Both the position numbers and the translations under genes were made by a program. The notes below the pieces were generated by a model. That model ran no database searches and was not told the DNA's origin. It saw nothing but the letters and a program-made list of their open reading frames with translations. A stretch of 64,000 bases of DNA. Source: Escherichia coli. Lineage in GTDB: Bacteria > Pseudomonadota > Gammaproteobacteria > Enterobacterales > Enterobacteriaceae. Of this stretch, positions 29,331 to 39,912 are shown piece after piece. Each line of letters starts with the position of its first letter. Within the stretch, counting starts at the first letter, position 1. Location of the stretch: NCBI RefSeq assembly GCF_050920415.1, contig NZ_CP169309.1. The stretch is one strand, 5' to 3'.

Positions 29331-31433
29331 ATGAAGATTTTTTCCGTCCGACAGACCGTTTTGCCCGCACTGCTTGTCCTTTCCCCCGTTGTTTTTGCCG
29401 CTGATGAACAGACTATGATTGTCAGTGCCGCACCGCAGGTGGTTTCAGAACTGGATACCCCAGCAGCAGTAAGCGTGGTGGATGGCGAGGAGATGCGCCT
29501 AGCAACACCGCGCATTAACTTGTCCGAATCACTGACCGGCGTGCCTGGTTTGCAGGTACAAAACCGGCAGAACTATGCGCAAGATTTACAGCTGTCGATT
29601 CGCGGATTTGGCTCCCGCTCCACTTACGGTATTCGCGGTATTCGCCTGTATGTGGACGGTATTCCCGCCACCATGCCCGACGGGCAAGGGCAAACATCCA
29701 ACATCGATTTAAGCAGTGTGCAAAATGTGGAAGTGCTGCGTGGCCCCTTCTCTGCCCTGTATGGCAACGCGTCTGGCGGTGTAATGAATGTCACCACCCA
29801 GACCGGACAACAGCCACCAACCATTGAAGCCAGTAGTTACTACGGCAGTTTTGGCAGCTGGCGCTATGGGCTGAAAGCAACGGGCGCAACGGGAGACGGC
29901 ACACAGCCCGGTGATGTCGATTACACCGTCTCAACCACGCGTTTTACGACCCATGGCTATCGTGATCATAGTGGCGCACAGAAAAATTTAGCCAATGCCA
30001 AACTGGGCGTTCGCATTGATGACGCCAGCAAATTAAGCCTGATTTTCAATAGTGTGGATATCAAAGCAGATGATCCTGGTGGTTTAACAGAAGCAGAATG
30101 GAAGGCGAATCCGCAACAAGCGCCACGCGCTGAACAGTACGACACGCGAAAAACCATCAAGCAAACTCAGGCTGGGTTGCGCTATGAACGTAGCCTAAGT
30201 TCGCAGGATGATATGAGTGTGATGATGTATGCCGGAGAACGAGAAACGACCCAGTACCAGTCAATCCCAATGGCCCCCCAACTTAACCCATCGCATGCGG
30301 GCGGTGTGATTACTCTACAACGTCATTACCAGGGGATAGACAGCCGCTGGACACACCGTGGCGAACTGGGTGTTCCGGTCACGTTCACTACCGGCCTGAA
30401 CTACGAAAACATGAGTGAAAACCGTAAAGGCTACAACAACTTCCGCCTGAACAGCGGTGTGCCGGAGTACGGGCAAAAAGGTGAGTTGCGCCGCGACGAA
30501 CGCAATCTGATGTGGAACGTCGATCCTTATTTACAAACGCAGTGGCAGCTGAGCGAAAAACTGTCGCTGGATGCTGGCGTGCGCTACAGCTCCGTATGGT
30601 TTGATTCCAACGATCATTACGTTACTCCGGGTAACGGCGATGACAGTGGTGATGCCAGTTATCACAAATGGCTACCAGCCGGATCGTTAAAATATGCAAT
30701 GACCGATGCCTGGAATATCTATCTGGCAGCCGGGCGTGGTTTTGAAACGCCGACGATTAATGAGCTGTCTTATCGTGCTGACGGTCAAAGCGGTATGAAC
30801 TTTGGTTTAAAACCATCCACCAACGATACAATTGAGATCGGCAGTAAAACGCGTATTGGTGATGGGCTGCTTAGTCTCGCATTGTTCCAGACCGACACCG
30901 ATGATGAAATTGTTGTCGATAGCAGTAGCGGTGGACGTACGACTTATAAAAATGCCGGAAAGACCCGTCGTCAAGGTGCTGAGCTGGCATGGGATCAACG
31001 TTTCGCGGGAGATTTTCGCATAAAAGCGTCCTGGACCTGGCTTGATGCGACCTATCGCAGCAATGTTTGCAATGATCAAGATTGTAACGGTAACCGGATG
31101 CCGGGGATCGCCCGTAATATGGGCTTTTCGTCGATAGGTTATGTACCGGAAGATGGCTGGTATGCAGGTACGGAAGCGCGTTATATGGGCGATATTATGG
31201 CCGATGATGAAAATACGGCAAAAGCGCCGTCTTATACTCTCGTCGGCTTATTCTCCGGGTATAAATACAATTACCACAATTTAACTGTGGATTTATTTGG
31301 TCGTGTCGATAATTTATTCGATAAAGAATACGTTGGTTCTGTCATTGTCAATGAGTCGAACGGGCGATATTACGAACCTGCGCCCGGGCGAAATTATGGT
31401 ATCGGCGTGAATGTTGCGTGGCGATTTGAGTGA
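29331..31433 (+). CDS. yncD: TonB-dependent outer-membrane receptor
   Basis: 700 aa, signal peptide, TonB-box-like DEQTMIVSA, C-terminal ...VNVAWRFE barrel end. Confidence 0.85.
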   Translation: MKIFSVRQTVLPALLVLSPVVFAADEQTMIVSAAPQVVSELDTPAAVSVVDGEEMRLATPRINLSESLTGVPGLQVQNRQNYAQDLQLSIRGFGSRSTYGIRGIRLYVDGIPATMPDGQGQTSNIDLSSVQNVEVLRGPFSALYGNASGGVMNVTTQTGQQPPTIEASSYYGSFGSWRYGLKATGATGDGTQPGDVDYTVSTTRFTTHGYRDHSGAQKNLANAKLGVRIDDASKLSLIFNSVDIKADDPGGLTEAEWKANPQQAPRAEQYDTRKTIKQTQAGLRYERSLSSQDDMSVMMYAGERETTQYQSIPMAPQLNPSHAGGVITLQRHYQGIDSRWTHRGELGVPVTFTTGLNYENMSENRKGYNNFRLNSGVPEYGQKGELRRDERNLMWNVDPYLQTQWQLSEKLSLDAGVRYSSVWFDSNDHYVTPGNGDDSGDASYHKWLPAGSLKYAMTDAWNIYLAAGRGFETPTINELSYRADGQSGMNFGLKPSTNDTIEIGSKTRIGDGLLSLALFQTDTDDEIVVDSSSGGRTTYKNAGKTRRQGAELAWDQRFAGDFRIKASWTWLDATYRSNVCNDQDCNGNRMPGIARNMGFSSIGYVPEDGWYAGTEARYMGDIMADDENTAKAPSYTLVGLFSGYKYNYHNLTVDLFGRVDNLFDKEYVGSVIVNESNGRYYEPAPGRNYGIGVNVAWRFE

Positions 31434-31443
31434 TTATCTTGAT

Positions 31444-31470
31444 GCCCGGTATTTGCCGGGCATTTAATTT
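31444..31470 (+). terminator. Rho-independent terminator after yncD
   Basis: GCCCGGTATTTGCCGGGC hairpin followed by ATTTAATTT. Confidence 0.5.
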
Positions 31471-32134
31471 AACGATTATATTGCTGGTATAACATAGCAA
31501 CATTTTGTTGCATAATTTCAGCAAGACAATGTCTGCATCGCTCTTTGTCTTTTACTTTCAACGCGGCGAGTAGTTCATGATAGCTTTCTATACGATCCTG
31601 TAATTCCGCTGGATTAATCGCTTCATAAAGATAATGTAAACCAGGTCCCATCCTGACCCACAGTTGCTCAATCATCTCACACAGGATGGGCATATTTGAA
31701 CGATGATAAATCGCTAAGCGAAATAACCTGTTCGCATTAATGATTTGTTCCATGTCGCCCTTTTCTTGCGCCTGCTGTAATTTCTCGAGCAATTCCTCTA
31801 GTTCCGCCAGGTCTTGCGGGGTGAGGTATTCAACAGCCAGAGTAACTGCCATTAATTCCAGCTCGTAGCGGATCCGATTGATTTCGTCTAATTGACGTTT
31901 CCCCACTTCCGGAACTGTAAATGCTTGCGCTGGTGCGACAGAAAGCGCATTCACCGAAACCAGACGTAATAATGCTTCACGCACAGGTGTAATACTCATA
32001 CCTAATTGCTCCGCCAGATTTTTAGTAATCAGGCGTGCGCCAGGTTTTAGTGCGCCAATACTTAGTTGATGTTTCAGGTCGTTCTCAACCTGCATAGTCA
32101 AACTGACATGTTTCATTTTTTCCGTTCCAGGCAT
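31469..32134 (-). CDS. mcbR: GntR-family transcriptional regulator (FadR subfamily)
   Basis: Track ORF 31469..32191; conserved start MPGTEKMKHVSLTMQVENDLKHQLSIGALKPGARL. Confidence 0.8.
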   Translation of the reverse strand: MPGTEKMKHVSLTMQVENDLKHQLSIGALKPGARLITKNLAEQLGMSITPVREALLRLVSVNALSVAPAQAFTVPEVGKRQLDEINRIRYELELMAVTLAVEYLTPQDLAELEELLEKLQQAQEKGDMEQIINANRLFRLAIYHRSNMPILCEMIEQLWVRMGPGLHYLYEAINPAELQDRIESYHELLAALKVKDKERCRHCLAEIMQQNVAMLYQQYNR

Positions 32135-32332
32135 TTTACTTCCTTCGCGTGTTTTCTTTCCGACCCTGCCTGCATAGCAGAAGGCGTTCACCTGGTGTGT
32201 TAAAATGAATAATCATAAGCCACTCACCTTTGTAGTTATTAGCAGCAGAACAATGATGTGGTCAGTTAATTAAAGCTGAAAATAAGCTTTTTGCCTGGAT
32301 TTTTATGGCGGCCTTACGCCGCCGTTGAAACT

Positions 32333-33370
32333 TTAATCATCATCCGCCACGCGGATCACCACTTTGCCAAAGTTTTTACCCTTCAGCAGGCCGATAAACG
32401 TCTGTGGGGCGTTCTCCAAACCGTTGGTAATTTGTTCACGATAGTGAATTTTCCCCTCTTTCACCCATTGTCCCATCTCCTGCTGAAACTCATGGATACG
32501 GTGACCATAATCCTGACCAATAATAAACCCTTGCAAGCGAATGCGTTTTTTCAGCACCGTTGCCATCAACAGGGGTAAACGATCCGGACCGGGTGGTAGC
32601 TCTGTAGCGTTATAGCTGCTCACTAAGCCGCAGACGGGAATGCGCGCGGATGTATTGAGTAACGGTAGCACCGCATCAAATACCTTACCGCCAACGTTTT
32701 CATAATAAATATCGATACCTTTTGGGCACGCTTTCGCCAGTTGCTCGGCAAAATCATCCGCGTGATGGTCAAGGCAGACATCGAAGCCCAACACCTCGGT
32801 AGCATGGCGGCATTTTTCCGCGCCACCAGCTACCCCCACCACTCTGCAACCTTTAAGTTTGCCGATTTGCCCCACCGTCGCCCCCACTGGTCCTGTCGCT
32901 GCAGCTACCACCAACGTTTCGCCTTCTTTGGGCTGACCGATATCCAGCAGGCCCATATAAGCGGTAAAGCCTGGCATCCCCAGCACACCCAGCGACCACG
33001 ATGGATTTTGCGGATGATCGCCAAGTTTCACCAAATCATCACCACTGGATATGTCATAGTCCTGCCATCCACTGTAGCCCAGCACCCAGTCACCAGGCTG
33101 GTAATCAGGATGATTTGACTCCACGACACGGCTCACCGTACCGCCGACTATCACGCCGTCAATGTCAACCGGCGGTGAATAAGATGGCTCATCGCTCATA
33201 CGTCCACGCATATACGGGTCCAGTGACAAATAAACTGTGCGCAGTAATACCTGTCCTTCACCCGGTGTGGCGACATCATCTTCTTCAAGACGAAAATTCT
33301 CCGGAACCGGCGCGCCATGCGGACGCGAGGCCAGAACCCAACGGCGGTTACGCTGCTTTTGTTGCCCCAT
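32333..33370 (-). CDS. curA: NADPH-dependent curcumin/enone reductase (MDR family)
   Basis: Track ORF 32333..33463; conserved start MGQQKQRNRRWVLASRPHGAPVPENF. Confidence 0.85.
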   Translation of the reverse strand: MGQQKQRNRRWVLASRPHGAPVPENFRLEEDDVATPGEGQVLLRTVYLSLDPYMRGRMSDEPSYSPPVDIDGVIVGGTVSRVVESNHPDYQPGDWVLGYSGWQDYDISSGDDLVKLGDHPQNPSWSLGVLGMPGFTAYMGLLDIGQPKEGETLVVAAATGPVGATVGQIGKLKGCRVVGVAGGAEKCRHATEVLGFDVCLDHHADDFAEQLAKACPKGIDIYYENVGGKVFDAVLPLLNTSARIPVCGLVSSYNATELPPGPDRLPLLMATVLKKRIRLQGFIIGQDYGHRIHEFQQEMGQWVKEGKIHYREQITNGLENAPQTFIGLLKGKNFGKVVIRVADDD

Positions 33371-33550
33371 AATGCTCTCCTGTGCTTTTGGCATGAATCC
33401 ATCAATAGTAGCAGGCTCGCAGGATTGGTTTTGTTTGCAGTCGTCACATCCCCTCTGCAACACGCAATAATTTCATCGAGGAATCCGTTGCTTCGGGCTG
33501 TTTTCGATAGTATTGATAACGTCATTATCATTATTTTATCGAGGCCAGAC

Positions 33551-34066
33551 ATGTCCATCCGTTTTGCCCGCAAAGCCGACTGTGCTGCCATTGCGGAAAT
33601 TTATAACCACGCCGTGTTGTATACGGCGGCTATCTGGAATGACCAAACGGTGGATGCAGATAACCGCATTGCCTGGTTTGAAGCGCGGACCATAGCAGGT
33701 TATCCGGTGCTGGTGAGTGAAGAAGATGGCGTGGTGACGGGATATGCCTCGTTTGGCGACTGGCGTAGTTTCGATGGTTTTCGCCATACCGTGGAGCATT
33801 CGGTTTATGTCCATCCTGATCATCAGGGCAAAGGTCTTGGGCGTAAATTGTTAAGCCGATTGATTGATGAAGCGCGGGATTGCGGGAAGCATGTTATGGT
33901 CGCCGGGATCGAATCGCAAAATCAGGCTTCGCTGCATCTCCACCAGTCGCTGGGATTTGTCATCACCGCACAAATGCCGCAGGTGGGCACTAAATTTGGG
34001 CGCTGGCTGGATCTGACATTTATGCAGTTGCAACTCGACGAACGCAGTGAACCGGACGCAATCTGA
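33551..34066 (+). CDS. mnaT: GNAT acetyltransferase (methionine analogue N-acetyltransferase)
   Basis: Track ORF 33317..34066; conserved start MSIRFARKADCAAIAEIYNHAV at 33551. Confidence 0.85.
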   Translation: MSIRFARKADCAAIAEIYNHAVLYTAAIWNDQTVDADNRIAWFEARTIAGYPVLVSEEDGVVTGYASFGDWRSFDGFRHTVEHSVYVHPDHQGKGLGRKLLSRLIDEARDCGKHVMVAGIESQNQASLHLHQSLGFVITAQMPQVGTKFGRWLDLTFMQLQLDERSEPDAI

Positions 34067-34515
34067 TGAATCAGTCGCTTACCCTTGCCTTTTTGATTGC
34101 CGCAGGGATTGGTCTGGTCGTCCAGAACACGCTAATGGTGCGCATCACCCAGACCTCCTCTACCATTCTCATCGCCATGTTGCTGAACTCACTGGTAGGG
34201 ATTGTGCTCTTTGTTTCTATTTTATGGTTTAAACAAGGCATGGCGGGGTTTGGCGAACTGGTGTCCAGCGTACGCTGGTGGACACTTATACCCGGCTTGC
34301 TGGGATCTTTTTTTGTCTTCGCCAGTATCAGCGGATATCAGAATTTGGGAGCGGCGACAACTATTGCAGTACTGGTCGCCAGCCAACTGATTGGTGGTCT
34401 GGTGCTGGATATCTTCCGCAGTCATGGCGTACCACTACGGGCGTTGATCGGCCCAATTTGTGGCGCAATTTTACTTGTGGTTGGTGCCTGGCTGGTGGCC
34501 AGGCGCACATTTTAA
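34066..34515 (+). CDS. ydcZ: Inner-membrane protein, DMT-like
   Basis: 149-aa hydrophobic ORF; TGATG overlap with mnaT stop. Confidence 0.8.
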   Translation: MNQSLTLAFLIAAGIGLVVQNTLMVRITQTSSTILIAMLLNSLVGIVLFVSILWFKQGMAGFGELVSSVRWWTLIPGLLGSFFVFASISGYQNLGAATTIAVLVASQLIGGLVLDIFRSHGVPLRALIGPICGAILLVVGAWLVARRTF

Positions 34516-34749
34516 TCAGAGGATGGTGCCGCCTTTGGTTAACTGTTCGTGGCGCGCTTCCATATCTTCTTTATGCTTGCGACCGTGATGGGCGATCGCT
34601 GTGCGCAGACGCTGCTGCTGGGTGTAGCGATCTTCCCGACTTAACTCCGCGTCATCGCTCAGGGCGATTAATAATTCGTTCATATGGGCAATGACGCTCT
34701 CTTCAATCGCGGCATCCACGCGCGCGATGACTTCATCCAGATGCGACAT
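34516..34749 (-). CDS. ydcY: Small conserved protein
   Basis: MSHLDEVIARVDAAIEESVIAHMNELLIALSDDAELSREDRYTQQQRL... within track ORF 34516..34791. Confidence 0.7.
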   Translation of the reverse strand: MSHLDEVIARVDAAIEESVIAHMNELLIALSDDAELSREDRYTQQQRLRTAIAHHGRKHKEDMEARHEQLTKGGTIL

Positions 34750-34834
34750 ACTTTCTCCTAAGCCACTTGTGAAATTTATCGATTCATCCAAATGATATAA
34801 GTCTGCGTGGTGCCGTCAAGCCAGTGCGTAAGAT

Positions 34835-35008
34835 TTAAAACAGTGAAAACAACAGCGCCACCGGGAAACTCATCGGCCATGTTGCCCCCACCAGAAAGGC
34901 GCTTAAGAAACGGATGCGTTTCTTATCGTGAGAAAGAAACCAGGTGATAAGAAATGCGATTGCTGCCATAACCGCATAAAAAACAAGCATGTGTTGATAG
35001 AGAGACAT
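34835..35008 (-). CDS. ortT: Orphan small membrane toxin (GhoT-like)
   Basis: MSLYQHMLVFYAVMAAIAFLITWFLSHDKKRIRFLSAFLVGATWPMSFPVALLFSLF within track ORF 34835..35083. Confidence 0.7.
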   Translation of the reverse strand: MSLYQHMLVFYAVMAAIAFLITWFLSHDKKRIRFLSAFLVGATWPMSFPVALLFSLF

Positions 35009-35202
35009 GTACGGGCGTCCAGCCAGATGAATAAAACGCGCGCAAATATGCGTCATTTTTTGACGTGCATCAAGTTTTTTCACCAGTTTGAGAAAAAATC
35101 ATCAAACAGCAACTTGCCCTTATCCATCTTCAGAATGAGTATTATTGCGGATTTTCTTAACCCGTACTATACACATAGGGGCAATGATAAAAGGTGGCAA
35201 AA

Positions 35203-35298
35203 ATGAATGTTTCCAGTAGAACTGTAGTACTGATAAATGTCTTTGCTGCTGTTGGTTTGTTTACTCTTATCTCTATGAGATTTGGCTGGTTTATTTGA
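35203..35298 (+). CDS. yncL: 31-aa small membrane protein
   Basis: AAGGTGG RBS then ATG; my translation MNVSSRTVVLINVFAAVGLFTLISMRFGWFI; below the ORF track's size threshold. Confidence 0.7.
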   Translation: MNVSSRTVVLINVFAAVGLFTLISMRFGWFI

Positions 35299-35320
35299 TG
35301 TAGTGATTTTGCACGCAGCA

Positions 35321-35355
35321 CGTACTGTCAGAGAAATCACTGCTCTGACAGTACG
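35321..35355. repeat. Perfect 13-bp inverted repeat with 9-nt loop immediately after yncL
   Basis: CGTACTGTCAGAG-AAATCACTG-CTCTGACAGTACG read directly; no T-run follows. Confidence 0.7.
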
Positions 35356-35697
35356 CAAGATCATCTCATACTCTCCAGGTTTACAACATTATCCTTAATA
35401 TTTACTTCTTTTTGCTGACATCTACATTGAAATAAGTAGAAAACATCCCCCTCCTATCGTCCTTACAGACAGCTTACTGATTCAAAGGGAACTTTGTTTT
35501 CACATTTTTCTATCATCATTACTTTAGACGCGCGGGGTCTATAAATGCTTTGTACTTTCAGGGAATAAAGTAAATATAAAAAGATGGCATAAAGTTTATG
35601 CATGGCAGGATGTTTGCAACCTCCTTGAGGACGCTGTCCCATTGAAATTGCAAACCCCGCACTGGTTATCTGCCCATTTATCATGTAAAACAGACAA

Positions 35698-36507
35698 TTA
35701 TAGGTCTCTGAATATCTCAGAAAGATTGAATTTTTTATAGTCCCTCTCTTGGATATTTCCATTTGATATCAATCGATTCATCTCTTCAACAAAATAATTT
35801 ATATCATCACATTTGTTATTATCCGGAAGATCTGAATAATTATAATTCCACCACTTTATTCTCAACAATTCATCAATAATATTTGAATCAAATCTAAATC
35901 TGATTATTTTTGCAGGAACTCCTGCAACTATGGCATATGGTGGCACATCTTTGGTAACAACGGAATTGGCAGCAATAACAGCACCATCACCTATTGCGAT
36001 GCCACCTTTCAATACAACATCATTTCCTATCCAGACATCGTTTCCTATAATCGGATTTTCAGGTTTGGTAATGAATGGTTTCAATGTCCATGGCCGTTCG
36101 AACTCACTCAAGGCAAATTTATCAAATTCACCGTTATAAGTCATCATGTGAGTAGTAAAACGATTCATAGGATGATTTCCACCCATTATTTTTACATTTG
36201 ATGCAATACTACAAAATCGTCCTATATGTATATTCCCTGAAAAATGACAAGTTGGAAATGAAAATGCACCTACACTGGAAAAATTTTTTACAGGCATTGT
36301 TGAATATTCTTCAGCAATAACATTCTCTTCAATTGATATTTTGTCACCTTTTGAGAAAAGAAATAAATTCCTTTCTTTGTAAGACTTCTTCCCTTTATGA
36401 TTTAAAAATATTTTATTATCCATGCAAAATTCAAAGTGTTTTTTCGTCCACCTAAAGGTAATGGTTTTATTTTTATCTTCCGTGAATTTATATAACTGTA
36501 CGTTCAT
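35698..36507 (-). CDS. Hexapeptide-repeat acetyltransferase of the XAT class (Vat/CatB-like)
   Basis: IGRFCSIASNVKIMGGNHPMNRFTTHMM...PIIGNDVWIGNDVVLKGGIAIGDGAVIAANSVVTKDVPPYAIVAGVPAKIIRFRF...LLRIKWWNYNY; very AT-rich. Confidence 0.8.
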   Translation of the reverse strand: MNVQLYKFTEDKNKTITFRWTKKHFEFCMDNKIFLNHKGKKSYKERNLFLFSKGDKISIEENVIAEEYSTMPVKNFSSVGAFSFPTCHFSGNIHIGRFCSIASNVKIMGGNHPMNRFTTHMMTYNGEFDKFALSEFERPWTLKPFITKPENPIIGNDVWIGNDVVLKGGIAIGDGAVIAANSVVTKDVPPYAIVAGVPAKIIRFRFDSNIIDELLRIKWWNYNYSDLPDNNKCDDINYFVEEMNRLISNGNIQERDYKKFNLSEIFRDL

Positions 36508-36740
36508 ACTAAAGACATCTACTTTTACTTATAAATTATTAGTTGAATAACGATACTCTAAAGTCTTCTATGAATCAACCATGACAGGATGAAAAATCAC
36601 CATCATACCTTTAGCGCATAATAGTCGTCTAACTTTTCCACTCGTTTTAATGTATTCATTCTTATTAATCGCCAATGACTCAAAACTTCAAACGATAGTG
36701 GCCATCATATAATTTCATATAACAGCCACTAACATTTAAC

Positions 36741-38165
36741 TTAATGTTTAACCATGACATGGCGGACGACGGTGTAATCCTCCAGCCCATAAAGTGACAT
36801 ATCCTTGCCGTAACCAGAAAGTTTCTGTCCACCGTGCGGCATTTCACTTACCAGCATAAAATGGGTATTGACCCAGGTACAACCATATTGCAGCCGTGCG
36901 CTGACACGATGCGCCCTGCCCACATCTTTAGTCCATACCGAAGATGCAAGTCCGTACTGGCTGTCATTCGCCCAGTTCACCACCTGTTCTTCATTGTCAA
37001 AGGCCGTCACGCTCACCACCGGACCAAATACCTCTTTTTGCACGATGGCATCGTCCTGTAACGCGCCAGCCAGCAGCGTAGGCGCATAGTAATAACCATT
37101 ACCCTTGCGCTTTTCACCACCGGTGATCACTTTGATGTGCCCTGTCTCTTTCGCCTCTTCTACCGCCTTGCTGACACGTTCGAGATGTGCCAGCGAACTT
37201 AACGGTCCAAGCTCCGTGGACTCGTCATCCGGCGCACCAGATTTTAACGTTGCCACTGCAGCACCGAGTTTTTCCACCAGCGTATCGTAAATACCTTTTT
37301 GCGCGTAGATCCGACAAGCCGCAGTACAATCCTGTCCGGCATTGTAATAGCCAAAAGTGCGAACACCTTCGACCACTGCTTCAATATCAGCATCATCAAA
37401 AACAATCACTGGCGCTTTGCCACCAAGTTCCATATGAGTACGCTTAATAGACGGCGCTGTATGGCTGATGATGTGCTCGCCGGTGGCGATAGAGCCCGTC
37501 AGCGACACCATCCGCACTTTGGGATGTCCGGTCAGCGGATCGCCCACTGTTTTGCCTCTGCCAAACAGCACATTAATCACGCCAGCCGGGAAGATATCTT
37601 TCGCCAGTTCAGCCAGCTTCAACGCTGTCAGCGGCGTAATTTCTGATGGTTTAAGCACTACGCAGTTCCCTGCCGCCAGCGCCGGAGCCAGTTTCCACGC
37701 GGCCATCATCAGCGGATAATTCCACGGTGCGATAGAAGCCACGACCCCCAACGGATCCCGACGGATCATTGAAGTATGACCTTCAAGGTATTCGCCGGCC
37801 GCCAGACCATTGAGGCAGCGCGCCGCCCCGGCGAAAAAGCGAAAGACATCGACAATCGCCGGAATTTCATCATTGAACGCACTATGCAGCGGTTTGCCAC
37901 AATTACGGGACTCCAATTCGGCAAAAACCTGACCATTTTCTTCAATAACATCGGCCAGTTTCAGCAGGCATTCCGCACGCGCTTTCGGCGTGGTTTGCCC
38001 CCATTCGGCAAATGCTGCATCTGCCGCGCGAACAGCAGCATCCACCTGCTCTGCGGATGCCTCGGCAATCTCCAGTAAAACGTCCCCCGTTGCCGGATTA
38101 TAGACAGGCTGTTTTTCCCCTTCGCCGCTAACCAGTTCTCCGTTAATCAGTAACTTATGTTGCAT
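36741..38165 (-). CDS. patD: Gamma-aminobutyraldehyde dehydrogenase (aldehyde dehydrogenase family)
   Basis: 474-aa ORF with catalytic region ...[18 protein letters not shown]... and active-site Cys context GQDCTAAC. Confidence 0.9.
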   Translation of the reverse strand: MQHKLLINGELVSGEGEKQPVYNPATGDVLLEIAEASAEQVDAAVRAADAAFAEWGQTTPKARAECLLKLADVIEENGQVFAELESRNCGKPLHSAFNDEIPAIVDVFRFFAGAARCLNGLAAGEYLEGHTSMIRRDPLGVVASIAPWNYPLMMAAWKLAPALAAGNCVVLKPSEITPLTALKLAELAKDIFPAGVINVLFGRGKTVGDPLTGHPKVRMVSLTGSIATGEHIISHTAPSIKRTHMELGGKAPVIVFDDADIEAVVEGVRTFGYYNAGQDCTAACRIYAQKGIYDTLVEKLGAAVATLKSGAPDDESTELGPLSSLAHLERVSKAVEEAKETGHIKVITGGEKRKGNGYYYAPTLLAGALQDDAIVQKEVFGPVVSVTAFDNEEQVVNWANDSQYGLASSVWTKDVGRAHRVSARLQYGCTWVNTHFMLVSEMPHGGQKLSGYGKDMSLYGLEDYTVVRHVMVKH

Positions 38166-38186
38166 AGCATATTCCTGTATCAGTGG

Positions 38187-38981
38187 TTATTGACCATTGT
38201 CGCCTTCGCGGGTTAGCCACCAGGCCCCCAGGATCGGCAAGGTTGTTACCAACATAACCAGCAGTGCCACCACGTTGGTTACCGGTACATCACGTGGTCG
38301 CCCAAGCTGATTGAGCAACCACAACGGTAACGTTCGTTCATGACCTGCCGTAAAGGTCGTCACGATGATTTCATCGAACGACAAGGCAAACGCCAGCATT
38401 CCTCCTGCCAGTAGCGCCGAACTGAGATTCGGCAACACCACGTAGCGGAAGGTTTGCCAGCCATTGGCCCCAAGATCCATTGACGCCTCAACCAGACTCC
38501 AGGAGGTACGGCGAAAACGGGCGATGACATTGTTAAACACCACCACTACGCAAAAAGTCGCATGACCGACCACGATGGTGAAAAATCCCGGCTCCAGATT
38601 GATGGTTTTAAAAGCAGTTAATAGCGCCAGACCAGTGACAATGCCCGGCAGCGCAATGGGCAGCAGCAATAGCAATGAAATGGCGCTTTTACCGAAAAAG
38701 TCCCGACGCCACAGCGCAGCAGCGGCCAGTGTCCCTAATACCAGCGCAATTAATGTCGCCAGCGCCGCCACTTTAAGTGACAGCGTCACGGCTTCAAGAA
38801 TATCACTACGCTGTGCTGCCACGCTAAACCAGCGCAGCGTCAGGCCTTGCGGTGGAAAACTAAACGCTGCATCTTCGGTATTAAAAGCATAGGCGGCGAT
38901 AATCAGGATGGGAAAATGAAGGAAAACCACGCCGCCCCAGGCCGCCAGTTTAAGGAAAAACGGTGCGCGTTCAGAGTGCAT
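38187..38981 (-). CDS. ydcV: ABC transporter permease
   Basis: 264-aa membrane ORF, operon with ydcSTU. Confidence 0.85.
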   Translation of the reverse strand: MHSERAPFFLKLAAWGGVVFLHFPILIIAAYAFNTEDAAFSFPPQGLTLRWFSVAAQRSDILEAVTLSLKVAALATLIALVLGTLAAAALWRRDFFGKSAISLLLLLPIALPGIVTGLALLTAFKTINLEPGFFTIVVGHATFCVVVVFNNVIARFRRTSWSLVEASMDLGANGWQTFRYVVLPNLSSALLAGGMLAFALSFDEIIVTTFTAGHERTLPLWLLNQLGRPRDVPVTNVVALLVMLVTTLPILGAWWLTREGDNGQ

Positions 38982-39912
38982 CGAATGCTCCCAGACGTTT
39001 CACGAACGCCAGGTACAGTGCGATGAGAACAATCGGCACCAGGGTGAATGCCGCAGCCATCGGCATATTGCCAATCGCCCCCTGCTGGGAATAAACCATA
39101 TTGCCGATAAAATATCCTGGAGGGCCAACCAGCTGCGGAACGATAAAATCGCCCAGTGTGAGTGAAAAGGTAAAGATAGAGCCAGCGGCAATACCCGGGA
39201 TCGCCAGCGGCAGCACCACATAGCGAAAGGTTTGCCGTGGACGCGCGCCAAGATCAGCCGACGCCTGCAACAATGACGGCGGCAAACGCTCAAGCGCCGC
39301 CTGCACGGGCAGGATCATGAACGGCAGCCAGATATAGAGAAACACCAGAAAGCGCCCCAGCCCGGAAGTTGACAACGTGTTACCGCCCACCGCGGGTAAT
39401 GTAAGGAACGCTGTCAGCAGTGGTTCCAGCCCCAGATGTTGTAAAAACCACTGCGCCACGCCATCTTTTGCCAGCAATAAGGTCCAGGCATAGGCTTTTA
39501 CGATATAACTCGCCCACATTGGCAGCATCACCGCAATATAAAAGAACGCTTTCATTTTCCCGCAGGTATAGCGCGCCATATACCACGCCATCGGAAAAGC
39601 CAGAATGGCGCTGGCGATAGTGACAGCCACAGCCATGGTTAGCGTGCGGAGGATGATGTCGTAATTCGCCGGATTAAACAGCGCACGGATATTCGCCAGC
39701 GTCAGTTCTGGCGTTACCGACATGGTGAAATCGTCAAAGGTATAAAAGCCCTGCCATAACAACGTCAGGAGTGAACCAAAATAGACAATGCCAAACCACA
39801 TCAGCGGACCAAGCAGCAGCAAAAACAGCCCCAGTCCCTGTTTCCGCCAGAAGAAACCTGACACCTTACCCAACCCTGGGCGCGCAGGTGATTGCAATAC
39901 GTTCATCGCCAT
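38971..39912 (-). CDS. ydcU: ABC transporter permease
   Basis: 313-aa membrane ORF. Confidence 0.85.
   Translation of the reverse strand: MAMNVLQSPARPGLGKVSGFFWRKQGLGLFLLLLGPLMWFGIVYFGSLLTLLWQGFYTFDDFTMSVTPELTLANIRALFNPANYDIILRTLTMAVAVTIASAILAFPMAWYMARYTCGKMKAFFYIAVMLPMWASYIVKAYAWTLLLAKDGVAQWFLQHLGLEPLLTAFLTLPAVGGNTLSTSGLGRFLVFLYIWLPFMILPVQAALERLPPSLLQASADLGARPRQTFRYVVLPLAIPGIAAGSIFTFSLTLGDFIVPQLVGPPGYFIGNMVYSQQGAIGNMPMAAAFTLVPIVLIALYLAFVKRLGAFDAL

Noticed and set aside
35167-35762. Minus-strand ORFs 35167..35364 (65 aa) and 35463..35762 (99 aa)
   Set aside because: The first overlaps yncL on the opposite strand and has no RBS or recognisable features; the second overlaps the acetyltransferase 3' end in another frame.
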